Positions 1-13,352 of a DNA stretch of 64,000 bases are shown here, one piece after another. The notes under the pieces are model-generated. The model saw only the letters and a program-made list of their open reading frames with translations. It was not told the origin of the DNA and ran no database searches. The stretch is taken from NCBI GenBank assembly GCA_044226465.1, contig JBGAGZ010000024.1, positions 3,052 through 67,051 on the forward strand, read 5' to 3'. Source of the DNA: Burkholderiaceae bacterium. Its GTDB lineage: Bacteria > Pseudomonadota > Gammaproteobacteria > Burkholderiales > Burkholderiaceae_C. Within the stretch, counting starts at the first letter, position 1. Each line of letters starts with the position of its first letter. Made by a program: the position numbers and the translations under genes.

Positions 1-951
1 TGCCCGGCCAGGCGCCGCGCCACACTGACCAACCTGATGTTCTGCGGCTTCCCGCTCGGTGCGGCCTTCGGCGGCTTCCTGGCGGCGTGGATGATCCCGC
101 AGTGGGGCTGGCGCAGCGTGCTGGTGCTGGGCGGCGTGACGCCGCTGGTGCTGATGCTGCTGATCCTGCTGCTGCTGCCGGAATCGGTGCGCTACCTGGT
201 CACCCAGCGCAAGCCGGTAGAGCGCGTGCGCGCCGTGCTGGCGCGCATCGTCGGCGCGGCCCGCGTCCAGAGCATCGAGCGCTTCCGCCTCACCGAGACC
301 CGCCCGGTCACCAACGAGCGCGGCGGCCTGGCCCTGGTGTTGTCGCGTCCCTACCGCCTGGGCTCGCTGATGCTGTGGACGGCGTATTTCATGGGCCTGG
401 TCATCTTCTACGCGCTGATCAACTGGATGCCTATCCTGTTCAAGGACGCCGGCGTGCCGCCGCAGACCGCGACGCTGATCGCCGCGCTGTTCCCGCTCGG
501 CGGCATCGGCGCCCTGCTGTTCGGCTTCCTGATGGACCGCTTCGAGCCCAACCGAATCCTGGCCACCGGCTTCGCGCTGACGGCCGTGGCCATCTGGGCC
601 ATCGGCCAGACGGCGGGCCAGCTCGGCCTGCTGATCGCCAGCGTGTTCATCGGCGGTGCCCTGATGAACACCGCGCAGTCTTCGCTGCCGGCCCTGGCCG
701 CTGCCTACTACCCCACCAACGCCCGCGCCACCGGCGTGGCCTGGATGATGGGCATCGGCCGCTTCGGTGGCATCGCCGGCTCCTTCCTGGTGGCGCAGTT
801 GAGCGCGCAGCAGATGGGCTTTGCCGGCATCTTCGCGGTGGTCGCGGTGCCTGGGCTGATCGCCGCCGTGGCACTGGTGGTCAAGCGCGCGGCCGACCCG
901 GGCAGCGCCGAAGGCCCGCTGCGCAGCGGCGGCCAGGCACTGGCGCATTGA
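1..951 (+). CDS. MFS transporter, aromatic-acid/H+ symporter-like (PcaK/PmdK type), 5' end cut by window edge
   Basis: Frame 1 is open from nt 1 to the stop at 949-951. The product is rich in TM helices (e.g. GFLAAWMIPQWGWRSVLVLGG, MGIGRFGGIAGSFLVAQL), like the C-terminal half of MFS aromatic-acid transporters. It lies directly upstream of the lig genes. Confidence 0.75.
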   Translation, partial: CPARRRATLTNLMFCGFPLGAAFGGFLAAWMIPQWGWRSVLVLGGVTPLVLMLLILLLLPESVRYLVTQRKPVERVRAVLARIVGAARVQSIERFRLTETRPVTNERGGLALVLSRPYRLGSLMLWTAYFMGLVIFYALINWMPILFKDAGVPPQTATLIAALFPLGGIGALLFGFLMDRFEPNRILATGFALTAVAIWAIGQTAGQLGLLIASVFIGGALMNTAQSSLPALAAAYYPTNARATGVAWMMGIGRFGGIAGSFLVAQLSAQQMGFAGIFAVVAVPGLIAAVALVVKRAADPGSAEGPLRSGGQALAH

Positions 952-977
952 CGAACAAACACCCGAGGAGACCGACC

Positions 978-2006
978 ATGATCATCGACGTCCACGGCCA
1001 CTACACCACCGCCCCCGCCGCCCTCGGCGCCTGGCGCGACCTGCAGATCGCCGGCCTGAAAGACCCGTCGCAGGCCCCGAAGGCCAGCGCGCTGAAGATC
1101 AGCGACGACGACATCCGCGAGACCATCGAGAGCAACCAGCTCAAGCTGATGAAGCAGCGCGGCTCGGATCTGACCATCTTCAGCCCGCGCGCCAGCTTCA
1201 TGGCCCACCACATCGGCGACTTCGAAACCTCGTCGACCTGGGCTGCGATCTGCAACGAGCTCTGCTACCGCGTGAGCCAGCTGTTCCCCGACCACTTCAT
1301 CCCCGCCGCGATGCTGCCGCAGTCGCCGGGCGTGGACCCGAAGACCTGCATCCCCGAGCTGGTCAAGTGCGTCGAGCAGTACGGCAACGTGGGCATCAAC
1401 CTGAACCCGGATCCGTCCGGCGGCCACTGGACCTCGCCGCCACTGTCCGACCGCGCCTGGTACCCCATCTACGAGAAGATGGTCGAGTACGACATCCCGG
1501 CGATGATCCACGTCAGCACCAGCTGCAACGCCTGCTTCCACACCACCGGCGCGCATTACCTGAACGCGGACACCACCGCCTTCATGCAGTGCCTCACCTC
1601 CGACCTGTTCAAGGACTTCCCGACGCTGAAGTTCCTGATCCCGCACGGTGGCGGTGCGGTGCCCTACCACTGGGGCCGCTTCCGCGGCCTGGCGCAAGAG
1701 CTGAAGAAGCCGCTGCTGAGCGAGCATCTGCTGAAGAACATCTTCTTCGACACCTGCGTCTACCACCAGCCCGGCATCGACCTGCTCACCAAAGTCATCC
1801 CGGTCGACAACATCCTGTTCGCCAGCGAGATGATCGGCGCGGTGCGCGGGGTGGACCCCGAGACCGGCTTCAACTACGACGACACCAAGCGCTACATCGA
1901 AGCCTCGACGATCCTGACGCCTGAGCAGAAGCACCAGGTCTACGAAGGCAATGCAAGACGCGTGTTCCCGCGGCTCGATGCCGCCCTGAAGAAGAAGGGA
2001 CTCTGA
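978..2006 (+). CDS. ligJ: 4-oxalomesaconate hydratase (amidohydrolase_2 family; LigJ/PmdE)
   Basis: 342 aa starting [13 protein letters not shown] (metal-binding HxH of the amidohydrolase-2 family). SD GAGGAG lies upstream. Length and context match LigJ within a PCA 4,5-cleavage operon. The longer ORF 87..2006 is an out-of-context N-terminal extension. Confidence 0.85.
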   Translation: MIIDVHGHYTTAPAALGAWRDLQIAGLKDPSQAPKASALKISDDDIRETIESNQLKLMKQRGSDLTIFSPRASFMAHHIGDFETSSTWAAICNELCYRVSQLFPDHFIPAAMLPQSPGVDPKTCIPELVKCVEQYGNVGINLNPDPSGGHWTSPPLSDRAWYPIYEKMVEYDIPAMIHVSTSCNACFHTTGAHYLNADTTAFMQCLTSDLFKDFPTLKFLIPHGGGAVPYHWGRFRGLAQELKKPLLSEHLLKNIFFDTCVYHQPGIDLLTKVIPVDNILFASEMIGAVRGVDPETGFNYDDTKRYIEASTILTPEQKHQVYEGNARRVFPRLDAALKKKGL

Positions 2007-2008
2007 CC

Positions 2009-2692
2009 ATGTACGAACTTGGCGTCGTTTACCGCAACATCCAGCGCACCGACGCGGCCACCGCCGATGGCCTGGCGAAGTTGGGCAGCGCCACGGTGCA
2101 CGAGGCCATGGGCCGCGTGGGCTTGCTCAAACCCTACATGCGGCCGATCTACGCGGGTGCCCAGGTCTCCGGCACCGCAGTGACCGTGCTGCTGCACCCG
2201 GGCGACAACTGGATGATGCACGTGGTGGCCGAGCAGATCCGGCCGGGCGACATTGTCGTGGCGGCCATCACCGCCGAGTGCACGGACGGCTACTTCGGCG
2301 ACCTGCTGGCCACCTCGTTCATGGCCCGCGGCGCCCGCGCCCTGGTCATCGACGCCGGCGTGCGCGACGTGAAGACGCTCACCGAGATGGGCTTCCCGGT
2401 CTGGAGCAAGGCCATCAGCAGCAAGGGCACGATCAAGGCCACGCTGGGCTCGGTGAACATTCCCGTGGTCTGCGCCGGCATGCTGGTCACTCCGGGCGAC
2501 GTGATCGTGGCCGACGACGACGGCGTGGTCTGCGTGCCACGCGCCCTGGCCGCCAAGACGCTGGAGGCCGCCGCCGCGCGCGAGGCCAACGAAGGCGAGA
2601 AGCGCGCCAAGCTGGCCAGTGGCGTGCTGGGGCTGGACATGTACAAGATGCGCGAGCCGCTGGAAAAGGCCGGCCTGCGCTACATCGACTGA
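2009..2692 (+). CDS. ligK: 4-carboxy-4-hydroxy-2-oxoadipate aldolase / oxaloacetate decarboxylase (RraA-like; LigK/PmdF)
   Basis: 227 aa with an RraA-like fold signature ([34 protein letters not shown]). It starts 2 nt after the ligJ stop. Confidence 0.85.
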   Translation: MYELGVVYRNIQRTDAATADGLAKLGSATVHEAMGRVGLLKPYMRPIYAGAQVSGTAVTVLLHPGDNWMMHVVAEQIRPGDIVVAAITAECTDGYFGDLLATSFMARGARALVIDAGVRDVKTLTEMGFPVWSKAISSKGTIKATLGSVNIPVVCAGMLVTPGDVIVADDDGVVCVPRALAAKTLEAAAAREANEGEKRAKLASGVLGLDMYKMREPLEKAGLRYID

Positions 2693-2693
2693 C

Positions 2694-3566
2694 ATGGACC
2701 CGAGGCATTGGCACATCGGCCTCGTCGGCTACGGCGAGGTGGGCCGCATCCTGGCCGAGGACTTGCGCGCGCAGTGCGTGGCCGTGAGCGCCTTCGACAC
2801 CAAGCTGGCGCGGGCCGACAACGCGGGGCCGCTGCAGACCCATGCGGCGGCGCACGGCGTGCAGCTTGCGGGCTCGCACCACGAGCTGGCCGCGCGCAGC
2901 GACTTCATCGTCAGCGCCGTCACCGCCAGCCAGGCCGTGCCGGTGGCCGAGGCCTGCGCACCGGCCCTGCGGCCGGGCAGCTTCTTCCTCGACTTCAACT
3001 CGGCCTCGCCAGGCGCCAAGCAGCGTGCGGCGTCGCTGGTGAATGCCGCGGGCGGCCGCTACGTCGAAGGCGCGGTGATGACCAGCGTGCCGCCCTACCG
3101 CATCAAGGTGCCGCTGCTGCTGGGCGGGCCGGACGCGGCGGCCCTGCTGCCGCTGGTGAACGCGCTGGGCTTCGCTGCCAAGGTGGCCAGCGAGCGGCTG
3201 GGCGTGGCCTCGGCCACCAAGATGTGCCGCAGCGTGATGATCAAGGGCCTGGAGGCACGAGACCTTCCCCGGCGTCGACTGGGAGAAGCAAGCCGCCTAC
3301 TTCTTCCAGCGCGTGATCGAGCATGGACGGCGCCGCAGCGAAGAGGTGCGCGAAGTAGCCCAGACCGTGCGCGAAGCCGGCCTCGAGCCCTGGAGCGCCA
3401 CCGGCACCGCCGAGCGCCAGGCCTGGGTGGCCGACCTGGCCGACGCCGGCCTCTTCGGCGCCAAAGGCACGCAGGGCTTCGCCCGCAGCGCCGACTGGCG
3501 CGTCGAAGCGGACCGCATCCTCGCGGAGGCGGCAGCCGACCGCCCCTTGAACCGGAACGACAAGAC

Positions 3567-3570
<4 letters not shown>
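2694..3570 (+). pseudogene. NAD(P)-dependent oxidoreductase (6PGDH-type Rossmann N-domain plus DUF1932-like C-domain), disrupted by frameshift/internal deletion near 3255-3259
   Basis: The N-terminal part is in frame 3 (MDPRHWHIGLVGYGEVGRILAEDL ... ATKMCRSVMIKGLEA). The C-terminal part is in frame 1 (ETFPGVDWEKQAAYFFQRVIEHGRRRSEEVREVAQTVREAGLEPW ...) and ends at TGA 3568-3570. After 3257, frame 3 becomes Arg/Pro-rich nonsense and runs without a stop into ligI, which produces the 621-aa ORF 2619..4484. Confidence 0.6.
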
Positions 3571-6713
<3,143 letters not shown>

Positions 6714-6747
6714 TTCTCGAGCTTCCCCCACGACAAGGAGACATGCC

Positions 6748-7773
6748 ATGAGACCGATGTTGAAGGCCACCCTGGCGGCCATCGCCCTGGCCAGCGCCGC
6801 ACTGCACGCCGCTGCGGCCGACTTCACGCTGCGCGTCCACCAGTTCCTGCCGGCACAGGCGCCCATCCCATCCAAGGCGATCGCGCCGTGGGCGCAGCGC
6901 ATCGAGCAGCAGAGCGGCGGCCGCATCAAGGTGCAGTTGTTCCCCAGCATGCAGCTGGGCGGCAAGCCGCCGGAGCTGTTCGACCAAGCCAAGGATGGCG
7001 TTGCCGACGTCACCTGGACGGTGCTGGGCTACACACCCGGGCGGTTCCCGAAGGCCGAGGCCTTCGAGTTGCCCTTCATGACCAGCAAGGCCGAGTATTC
7101 GTCGCGCGCGTTCCAGGAGTACATCGAGAAGAACGCGATGGACGAGTTCAAGGACGTGAAGCTGATCGCCGTGCACACCCATGGCCCGGGTTGGTTCCAC
7201 AGCCGCGAGCCCATCCGCAAGCTCGAAGACCTCAAGGGCATGAAGGTGCGGGGCGGCTCGCGCGTGATCAACATCATGCTCGAACAACTGGGCGCGACGC
7301 CGGTCGGGCTGCCCGTGCCGCAGGTGGGAGAAGCCTTGTCCAAGGGCGTGATCGACGCGACGACCATCCCCTGGGAGGTCGTGCCCTCGTTGAAGGTCCA
7401 GCAGATCGTCAAGAACCACACCGGCTTCTCTGGACGGCTCGGCCTCTACACCCAGACGTTCGCGCTGTCGATGAACAAGGCGACGTACGAGAAAATGCCA
7501 CCCGACCTGAAGAAGGTCATCGACGCGAACTCCGGCATCGAGGTCGCTGCGGCGTTCGGCAAGGTGATGGACGAGGCCGACGCGGCGGGCCTGGAGCTCG
7601 CCAAGAAGGCCGGCAACAACATCATCGTGCTCGACGGCACGGAGACCCGTCGCTGGCAGCGCGCCGCCGCCGGCGTGCGCGCGGTGTGGTACCGCGAGGT
7701 GGCCGCCAAGGGCATCGACGGCGCCAAGCTGGCCGACGACGCCCAGAACTTGATCGGCAAGTACGACAAGTGA
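6748..7773 (+). CDS. TRAP transporter substrate-binding protein (DctP family)
   Basis: 341 aa. Signal peptide MRPMLKATLAAIALASAALHAAAA. DctP-like body (GGRIKVQLFPSMQLGG, ELPFM). Followed by the Q and M subunits. Confidence 0.85.
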   Translation: MRPMLKATLAAIALASAALHAAAADFTLRVHQFLPAQAPIPSKAIAPWAQRIEQQSGGRIKVQLFPSMQLGGKPPELFDQAKDGVADVTWTVLGYTPGRFPKAEAFELPFMTSKAEYSSRAFQEYIEKNAMDEFKDVKLIAVHTHGPGWFHSREPIRKLEDLKGMKVRGGSRVINIMLEQLGATPVGLPVPQVGEALSKGVIDATTIPWEVVPSLKVQQIVKNHTGFSGRLGLYTQTFALSMNKATYEKMPPDLKKVIDANSGIEVAAAFGKVMDEADAAGLELAKKAGNNIIVLDGTETRRWQRAAAGVRAVWYREVAAKGIDGAKLADDAQNLIGKYDK

Positions 7774-8309
7774 GCGCGACGAACGACCACATCGGCCGCA
7801 GCGTGTATGCGGCCAGCCGTGCCCTGGCCTGGCTGGGGGGCGTGCTGCTGGTGCTGATCACCGCGATCAGCGTGATCAGCATCGCGGGCCGTGCCCTCAG
7901 CGGCCTGGGGCTGGGGCCCGTGCCCGGGGACTTCGAGTTGGTCGAGATGGGCACGGCGCTGGCCGTGTTCTCCTTCTTGCCCTGGTGCCACCTGAAAGGG
8001 GGGCACGCGATGGTCGACATGTTCTGGAACGCCTATCCCGGTTGGTTGCGGCGCGGCGTGATCGTGCTGACCGACGTGCTGACGCTGGGCGTGTGGACCC
8101 TGCTCATCTGGCGGATGGCGGCGGCCATGCTCGAGTACCGCGACAACGGCGAGACCACGTTCATCCTGCACATGCCGGTGTGGTGGGGCTATGCGGCGGC
8201 CATGCTGCCTGGCGTCGGCGGCTGCCTGGTCTACGCCTGGCGCCTTCTCGAAAGCCTGGGGCTGGCCCGCCGCCCACAGGGCTTTGTCATCGAATCCGGA
8301 GGCCACTGA
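7770..8309 (+). CDS. TRAP transporter small permease (DctQ family)
   Basis: The GTG start overlaps the DctP stop (GTGA). 179 aa with four hydrophobic segments, located between the P and M subunits. The start is inferred from this coupling. Confidence 0.7.
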   Translation: MSATNDHIGRSVYAASRALAWLGGVLLVLITAISVISIAGRALSGLGLGPVPGDFELVEMGTALAVFSFLPWCHLKGGHAMVDMFWNAYPGWLRRGVIVLTDVLTLGVWTLLIWRMAAAMLEYRDNGETTFILHMPVWWGYAAAMLPGVGGCLVYAWRLLESLGLARRPQGFVIESGGH

Positions 8310-9625
8310 TGGACCCGATCTGGTTGGCCACCTGGTCCATGCCGGTGCTGTTGCTGCTGATCTTCCTGCGCTTTCCCATTGGCCTGTCGATGCTGGTGGT
8401 CGGTCTGGTCGGCTCGTGGCAGGTCTACGGCAGCGCCGCACCGTTGATGAGCCAGTTGAAGAACCTGGCCTACGGGCAGTTTTCTCAGCAGTCGCTGTCG
8501 ATCGTGCCGCTGTTCCTGCTGATGGGCCAGTTCGCGGCCTTGGGGGGGATGTCGCAGGCGCTGTTCAAGGCGGCCGAGGCGTTTCTCGGCCACCGCAAGG
8601 GTGGCCTGGCGATGGCGGCGATCGGCGCCTGCGCGGGCTTCGGCTCGATCTGCGGGTCGTCGTTGGCCACCGCCGCCACGATGGGCCAGGTGGCCCTGCC
8701 CGAGCTGCGCCGCGCCGGCTATGCCGGCGGCCTCGCCACCGGGGCGTTGGCGGCGGGCGGCACCCTCGGCATCCTCATCCCGCCTTCGATCGTGCTGGTG
8801 ATCTACGCGATCCTGGCCGAGCAGAACATCGCCAAGATGTTCGCGGCCGCGTTCGTGCCCGGCATCCTGGCGGCCATGGGCTACATGGTGGTCATCAACA
8901 TCCTGGTGCGCCTGCGGCCGACCTGGGCCGGGCAGCAGGCGCGCGCCAGCTGGCCCGACCGGGTGCGCGCGCTCGGAGCCGTCTGGCCGGTGGCGTTGAT
9001 CTTCGTGGTGGTCATCGGCGGCATCTACGCAGGCCTCTTCACCCCGACAGAGGGGGCCGCCGTCGGCACGGCCGCCACCGGCGCCCTGGCGTGGTGGCGA
9101 GGCGGGCTGAACCGCCAGCGTCTGCTGTCGGCGCTCGAAGCCACGGCCGCCGGCACGGCGATGGTCTTCATGATCGTGCTGGGCGCGGCCGCCTACAACA
9201 ACTTTCTGGCCTTGTCGCAACTGCCGCAGGAACTGGCCAGCTGGGTCGGCACCCTCGGCCTCTCGCCCTGGTCGGTGCTCTGGGCGATCCTGGTCTTCTA
9301 CCTGATCTTCGGCTGCGTAATGGACTCGCTGTCCATGATCCTGCTGACGATCCCGATCTTCTTTCCGATGGTGTCCGGGCTGGACTTCGGGCTGCCTCCG
9401 GAGGACGCGGCCATCTGGTTCGGCGTGCTGGTGCTGATCGTCGTGGAGGTCGGTCTGATCACGCCGCCTGTGGGCATGAACCTGTTCGTCATCAAGTCCA
9501 TGGCGCCCGACGTGCCGATCCGCGAGACCTTTGCCGGCGTGCTGCCGTTTGTCGCGAGCGACCTGATACGCGTGGTGTTGCTGGTGATCTTTCCGTCGAT
9601 CACGCTGTTCGTCTTGAGGCTCTGA
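8309..9625 (+). CDS. TRAP transporter large permease (DctM family)
   Basis: 438 aa polytopic membrane protein (MDPIWLATWSMPVLLLLIFLRFPIG ...). ATGA overlap with the Q subunit. Confidence 0.85.
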   Translation: MDPIWLATWSMPVLLLLIFLRFPIGLSMLVVGLVGSWQVYGSAAPLMSQLKNLAYGQFSQQSLSIVPLFLLMGQFAALGGMSQALFKAAEAFLGHRKGGLAMAAIGACAGFGSICGSSLATAATMGQVALPELRRAGYAGGLATGALAAGGTLGILIPPSIVLVIYAILAEQNIAKMFAAAFVPGILAAMGYMVVINILVRLRPTWAGQQARASWPDRVRALGAVWPVALIFVVVIGGIYAGLFTPTEGAAVGTAATGALAWWRGGLNRQRLLSALEATAAGTAMVFMIVLGAAAYNNFLALSQLPQELASWVGTLGLSPWSVLWAILVFYLIFGCVMDSLSMILLTIPIFFPMVSGLDFGLPPEDAAIWFGVLVLIVVEVGLITPPVGMNLFVIKSMAPDVPIRETFAGVLPFVASDLIRVVLLVIFPSITLFVLRL

Positions 9626-9628
9626 CCC

Positions 9629-10615
9629 ATGGTGACACGACCCCTGGGCCCGTTCAGCGTCTCGGCCATCGGCCTGGGCTGCATGAACCTGAGCCACGCC
9701 TATGGCCAGCCGCCGTCGTTCGAGGCGGCCGAGCGCCTGCTGCTGCATGCGCTGGACCAGGGCGTGACGCTGTTCGACACGGCGGCGCTCTATGGCTTCG
9801 GCGCCAACGAAGACTTGGTCGGCCGTGTGCTGGCCCCGCACCGCGCGAAGTTCACGCTGGCCAGCAAGTGCGGCATGACCGGCGTAGATGGCAAGCGCGT
9901 GATCGACGGCCGACCGGATACGCTCAAGCGCACCTGCGACGAGGCACTGCAGCGCCTGCGCACCGATGTGATCGACCTGTACTACCTGCACCGCTGGGAC
10001 AAGGCGGTGCCGATCGAGGACTCGGTGGGCGCGCTGGCCGACCTGGTGGGGGCGGGCAAGATCCAGTCCATCGGCCTGAGCGAGGTCTCGGCCGACACGC
10101 TGCGCCGCGCCCACGCGGTGCACCCGATCGCCGCGCTGCAGACCGAGTATTCGCTGTGGACGCGCAACCCCGAGATCGCCGTGCTGCAGGCCTGCCGCGA
10201 GCTGGGCACGACCTTCGTCGCCTTCAGCCCGCTGGCCCGCGGCTTCCTGCCCGGCACGCTGCGCGACGTGACGGGCCTGGACGCCAAGGACATCCGCCGC
10301 GCCATGCCCCGCTTCGCCCCCGAGGCCTACGCCGCCAACCTGGCCCTGGCCAACGGCCTGGCCGCGCTGGCAACCGAAGGCAGTACCACGCCGGCGCGCC
10401 TGTCGCTGGCCTGGCTGCTCGCCCAGGGCGAGCACATCGTGCCCATCCCCGGCACGACCCGCATCGACCACCTCGACGACGACCTGGGCGCGGCCGAGCT
10501 GTCGCTGCCACCCTCGCTGCTGGCCCGCGCCGGGGCGCTGATCAATCAGCAGACGGTGCGCGGCGCGCGCTACAACACCGCCACGCAGGCCGAGGTCGAT
10601 ACCGAGGAGTTCTGA
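9629..10615 (+). CDS. aldo/keto reductase
   Basis: 328 aa. AKR signatures GLGCMNLSHAYG, LFDTAALYG, DLYYLHRWD and IPGTTRIDHL. Confidence 0.85.
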   Translation: MVTRPLGPFSVSAIGLGCMNLSHAYGQPPSFEAAERLLLHALDQGVTLFDTAALYGFGANEDLVGRVLAPHRAKFTLASKCGMTGVDGKRVIDGRPDTLKRTCDEALQRLRTDVIDLYYLHRWDKAVPIEDSVGALADLVGAGKIQSIGLSEVSADTLRRAHAVHPIAALQTEYSLWTRNPEIAVLQACRELGTTFVAFSPLARGFLPGTLRDVTGLDAKDIRRAMPRFAPEAYAANLALANGLAALATEGSTTPARLSLAWLLAQGEHIVPIPGTTRIDHLDDDLGAAELSLPPSLLARAGALINQQTVRGARYNTATQAEVDTEEF

Positions 10616-10683
10616 GGTGAGTTCCTGCGAGTCGCCTGCTGTGCCGGTTGGCGCGCGCCGAGGGCGCCGGGTGACCGGCTTCG

Positions 10684-10884
10684 TTCATGTCCCCCGTCGC
10701 TGGCCTTTGGCCAGCGCCTCCTCCTAATACTTCACTGCGCCGGTCACCCGACACCCTCGGCCATCAATGGTCTTGGCAATGCGTTGGGAACGCCACCACA
10801 GTGGCTGATCGGGTCGGTGGGGTGCTTTGCGCAGCGAAGTAAAGGAGGAGCCGGCAGTCGAAGACTGACGGCGGGGGACATGAG
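10684..10884. repeat. imperfect ~200-bp inverted-repeat (long hairpin / MITE-like) element in an intergenic region
   Basis: Left arm 10684-10756 and the reverse complement of right arm 10813-10884 share blocks TCATGTCCCCCG, CTCCTCCT and TACTTC(A/G)CTGCGC in the same order. A nested perfect hairpin CGCTGGCC-TTT-GGCCAGCG sits at about 10698-10716. No convincing ORF. Confidence 0.4.
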
Positions 10885-10947
10885 CGGAGCAAAGTACCCC
10901 ACCGATCTGATCTCGCACCAGGCTTTGCGCGAAGACGGTTATTCACG

Positions 10948-11925
10948 ATGAACAAGAGCACTGCCCGACGCCGCCTACTGCTCGCCGCATCCGCCTGGCC
11001 CATCGCCGGCCTTGCACAAGGCAGCACTCAGTTCCCGCAGCGGCCCATCACCCTGGTCGTGCCCTTCGCCCCCGGTGGCGTGGCCGACATCACCGCGCGC
11101 ACGGTCGGCAAGGCCATGGGCGAGTCGCTGGGCCAGCCGGTGATCGTCGACAACCGGCCCGGTGCGGGCGGCATCGTGGCCGGCCAGGCCGTGCTGCAGG
11201 CGCCGCACGACGGCCACACCCTGCTGCTGATGAGCAACGCCAGCGCCGTCAGCGTGCACCTGGTGAAGAAGCTGCCCTACGACGTGGTGCGCGACTTCGT
11301 GCCCATCTCGACGCTGGGCTTCTTCGAGCTGGCGCTGGTGGTCAGCGCCTCGTCGCGCTTCAAGACGCTGGCCGAGCTGCTGGCCTTCGCCAAGGCCAAC
11401 CCCAACAAGCTCAGCATCGGCACCATCACCGTCGGCAGCACCCAGCACCTGGCGGCCGAGTGGTTCAAGGCCATGACCGGCATCACCGCCACCATCGTGC
11501 CCTACAAGGGCTCGCCAGCGGTGGTGAACGCGCTGCGCGCGGGCGAGATCGACCTGGTCTTCGAGATCCTGAGCCCGCTGCTGCCGCAGGTGGCCGCCAA
11601 AGCATTGCGGCCACTGGCCGTGACCGGGCCGCAACGCTTCGTGCTCTGGCCCGAGGTGCCCACCGTGGCCGAGCAGGGCTGGCCGGCCTACACCGTGGAC
11701 AGCTGGAACGCGCTCGCCGCGCCGGCAGGCACACCCGCCACCGCCATCGCCCAGTTGCAACGCGCCGCGGCCGACGCCCTGGGCCAGCCCGCGGTGCGCA
11801 ACAGCTTGCGCGACCTGGGCGTCAAGGCTCAGGCCGGCACGCCGGCCGAGGCCGCGGCGCTGCTGGCCGGCGAGATCAGGCACTGGGGCGAGGTGGTGCG
11901 CGCCGCGCACATCGCCCCGGAGTAG
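10948..11925 (+). CDS. Bug-family (TctC-like) tripartite tricarboxylate transporter substrate-binding protein
   Basis: 325 aa. Signal peptide followed by the hallmark FPQRPITLVVPFAPGGVADITAR ... VDNRPGAGG. Confidence 0.85.
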   Translation: MNKSTARRRLLLAASAWPIAGLAQGSTQFPQRPITLVVPFAPGGVADITARTVGKAMGESLGQPVIVDNRPGAGGIVAGQAVLQAPHDGHTLLLMSNASAVSVHLVKKLPYDVVRDFVPISTLGFFELALVVSASSRFKTLAELLAFAKANPNKLSIGTITVGSTQHLAAEWFKAMTGITATIVPYKGSPAVVNALRAGEIDLVFEILSPLLPQVAAKALRPLAVTGPQRFVLWPEVPTVAEQGWPAYTVDSWNALAAPAGTPATAIAQLQRAAADALGQPAVRNSLRDLGVKAQAGTPAEAAALLAGEIRHWGEVVRAAHIAPE

Positions 11926-11933
11926 GCCGTGGC

Positions 11934-13247
11934 CTACTTCTTCAGTGCGGCCTCGTCGCCCACCGGCAGCGCCTGGTCCAGCGTGATGCGCAGGAACTCG
12001 GTCGGGTCGGGCACGCCGGCGTCGCGGCTGCTGCCGGGGTAGTTGTTGTCGTTGATCACCAGCAGCGTGTGCGCGTCCAGCACCAGCACGTCCTCGATCG
12101 TCACGAAGGGGAAAGTGAAGGTGGTCTGGCCGTCCTGGTTCAGGTCGTGCGGGTCGGCCACGTTCATCAGGTCGACCACCTCGGTCTTGGCGACGAAGCC
12201 GCCGCCGTCGACCACGTTCAGATCGATCAGGTAGATCTTCTTGAAGCGCGGCGTCTCGGTGCCGTTGCGCTCGATGACCAGGAACTGGTGGTCGTTGACC
12301 GCCGTCATGTCGCCGATGTTGGTGCCCTGCGGCTCCAGCTTGTAGAGCCACTGCTGGCCGGTGTAGGCGGCGCCGTCGATGTCGAAGGCGTTGATGCGCA
12401 GGCTGCCGGTCGGGTCACCGGTGACCGTGCCCTCGAGCAGCGTGAACAGGGTGCGGCCAGACGCATCGATGGCCATGCCCTCGAAGCCGCGCGAGCGGCC
12501 GAGGTTGGCCGTGCCATTGCCCAGGTAGGGGTTGTCCGGCGACATCACGCCAGGCATGGACACCTCTTGCCGCAGCACCTTGCCCTTGGCATTGGTCTGC
12601 ACCAGGAAGGGTCCCAACTCGTCGCCGAACCAGAGCTTGCCCTTGCGGTCGACGCGCACCGATTCGATGTCGAAGTCCCAGCCGGTCAGCAGGCGCTTCT
12701 TCTGGATCGACTTGTCGACCGGGATGTCGGGGCTGCCGGGGCCCGTGCCCGAATACGGGTAGAACGCGCCGTCGGCCACAGTGGTGAAACCCAGGCGGTG
12801 GTCGGGGTCGTGCAGCGTGATCAGCGTGCGCTCGTCGAAGGCGACGCGGTCGGCACCGCTGTCGCGGTCCACGGGCAGCACGGCGGCGCTGCCTTCGGTG
12901 CCACTGCCGTTCCAGACGCGGAAGTCCGGGCGCAGCGTGTACATGCGCAGCAAGGTGTCGGGCGAGTTGGCCTTGGTGCCGAAGCCGTTGTCCGGCATCA
13001 CCGCATAGGTGCCCGCCACCGGGCCGGGCAGCACGGCCGAGAAGCCCTGCACGGGTTGCTGGTCTACCAGCGGCAGGTTGCGGCCATTGGCGCCGCTGGC
13101 GAACTGGCCCGAGGTGGGGCCGGGGGCGAAGGTGTCGGCGGGCATCACGGCGAAGCCGGCCAGTGTGCCGGCCGCGTGGGCCGGGGCGGCGAGCACAGCT
13201 GCCGCGAGGGCGGTAGCCCACAGAAAGAGGTGAGAGGGTCGGTGCAT
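11934..13247 (-). CDS. secreted phytase-like esterase family protein (PF13449-like)
   Basis: Start chosen at MHRPSHLFLWATALAAAVLAAPAHA (signal peptide, GGAGA SD upstream). The body contains GFEGMAID and LLVINDNNYPGS motifs, as I recall for the 'esterase-like activity of phytase' family. Confidence 0.65.
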   Translation of the reverse strand: MHRPSHLFLWATALAAAVLAAPAHAAGTLAGFAVMPADTFAPGPTSGQFASGANGRNLPLVDQQPVQGFSAVLPGPVAGTYAVMPDNGFGTKANSPDTLLRMYTLRPDFRVWNGSGTEGSAAVLPVDRDSGADRVAFDERTLITLHDPDHRLGFTTVADGAFYPYSGTGPGSPDIPVDKSIQKKRLLTGWDFDIESVRVDRKGKLWFGDELGPFLVQTNAKGKVLRQEVSMPGVMSPDNPYLGNGTANLGRSRGFEGMAIDASGRTLFTLLEGTVTGDPTGSLRINAFDIDGAAYTGQQWLYKLEPQGTNIGDMTAVNDHQFLVIERNGTETPRFKKIYLIDLNVVDGGGFVAKTEVVDLMNVADPHDLNQDGQTTFTFPFVTIEDVLVLDAHTLLVINDNNYPGSSRDAGVPDPTEFLRITLDQALPVGDEAALKK

Positions 13248-13352
13248 CGGGGTCTCCAAGCCAGGAAAACCCCGCATGCTGGCGGCGGCAAATGACAGGC
13301 TCGTGAGCGGCCGATGACGCGGCGATGAACGGCGCGCCTATCATGGTCGGCC

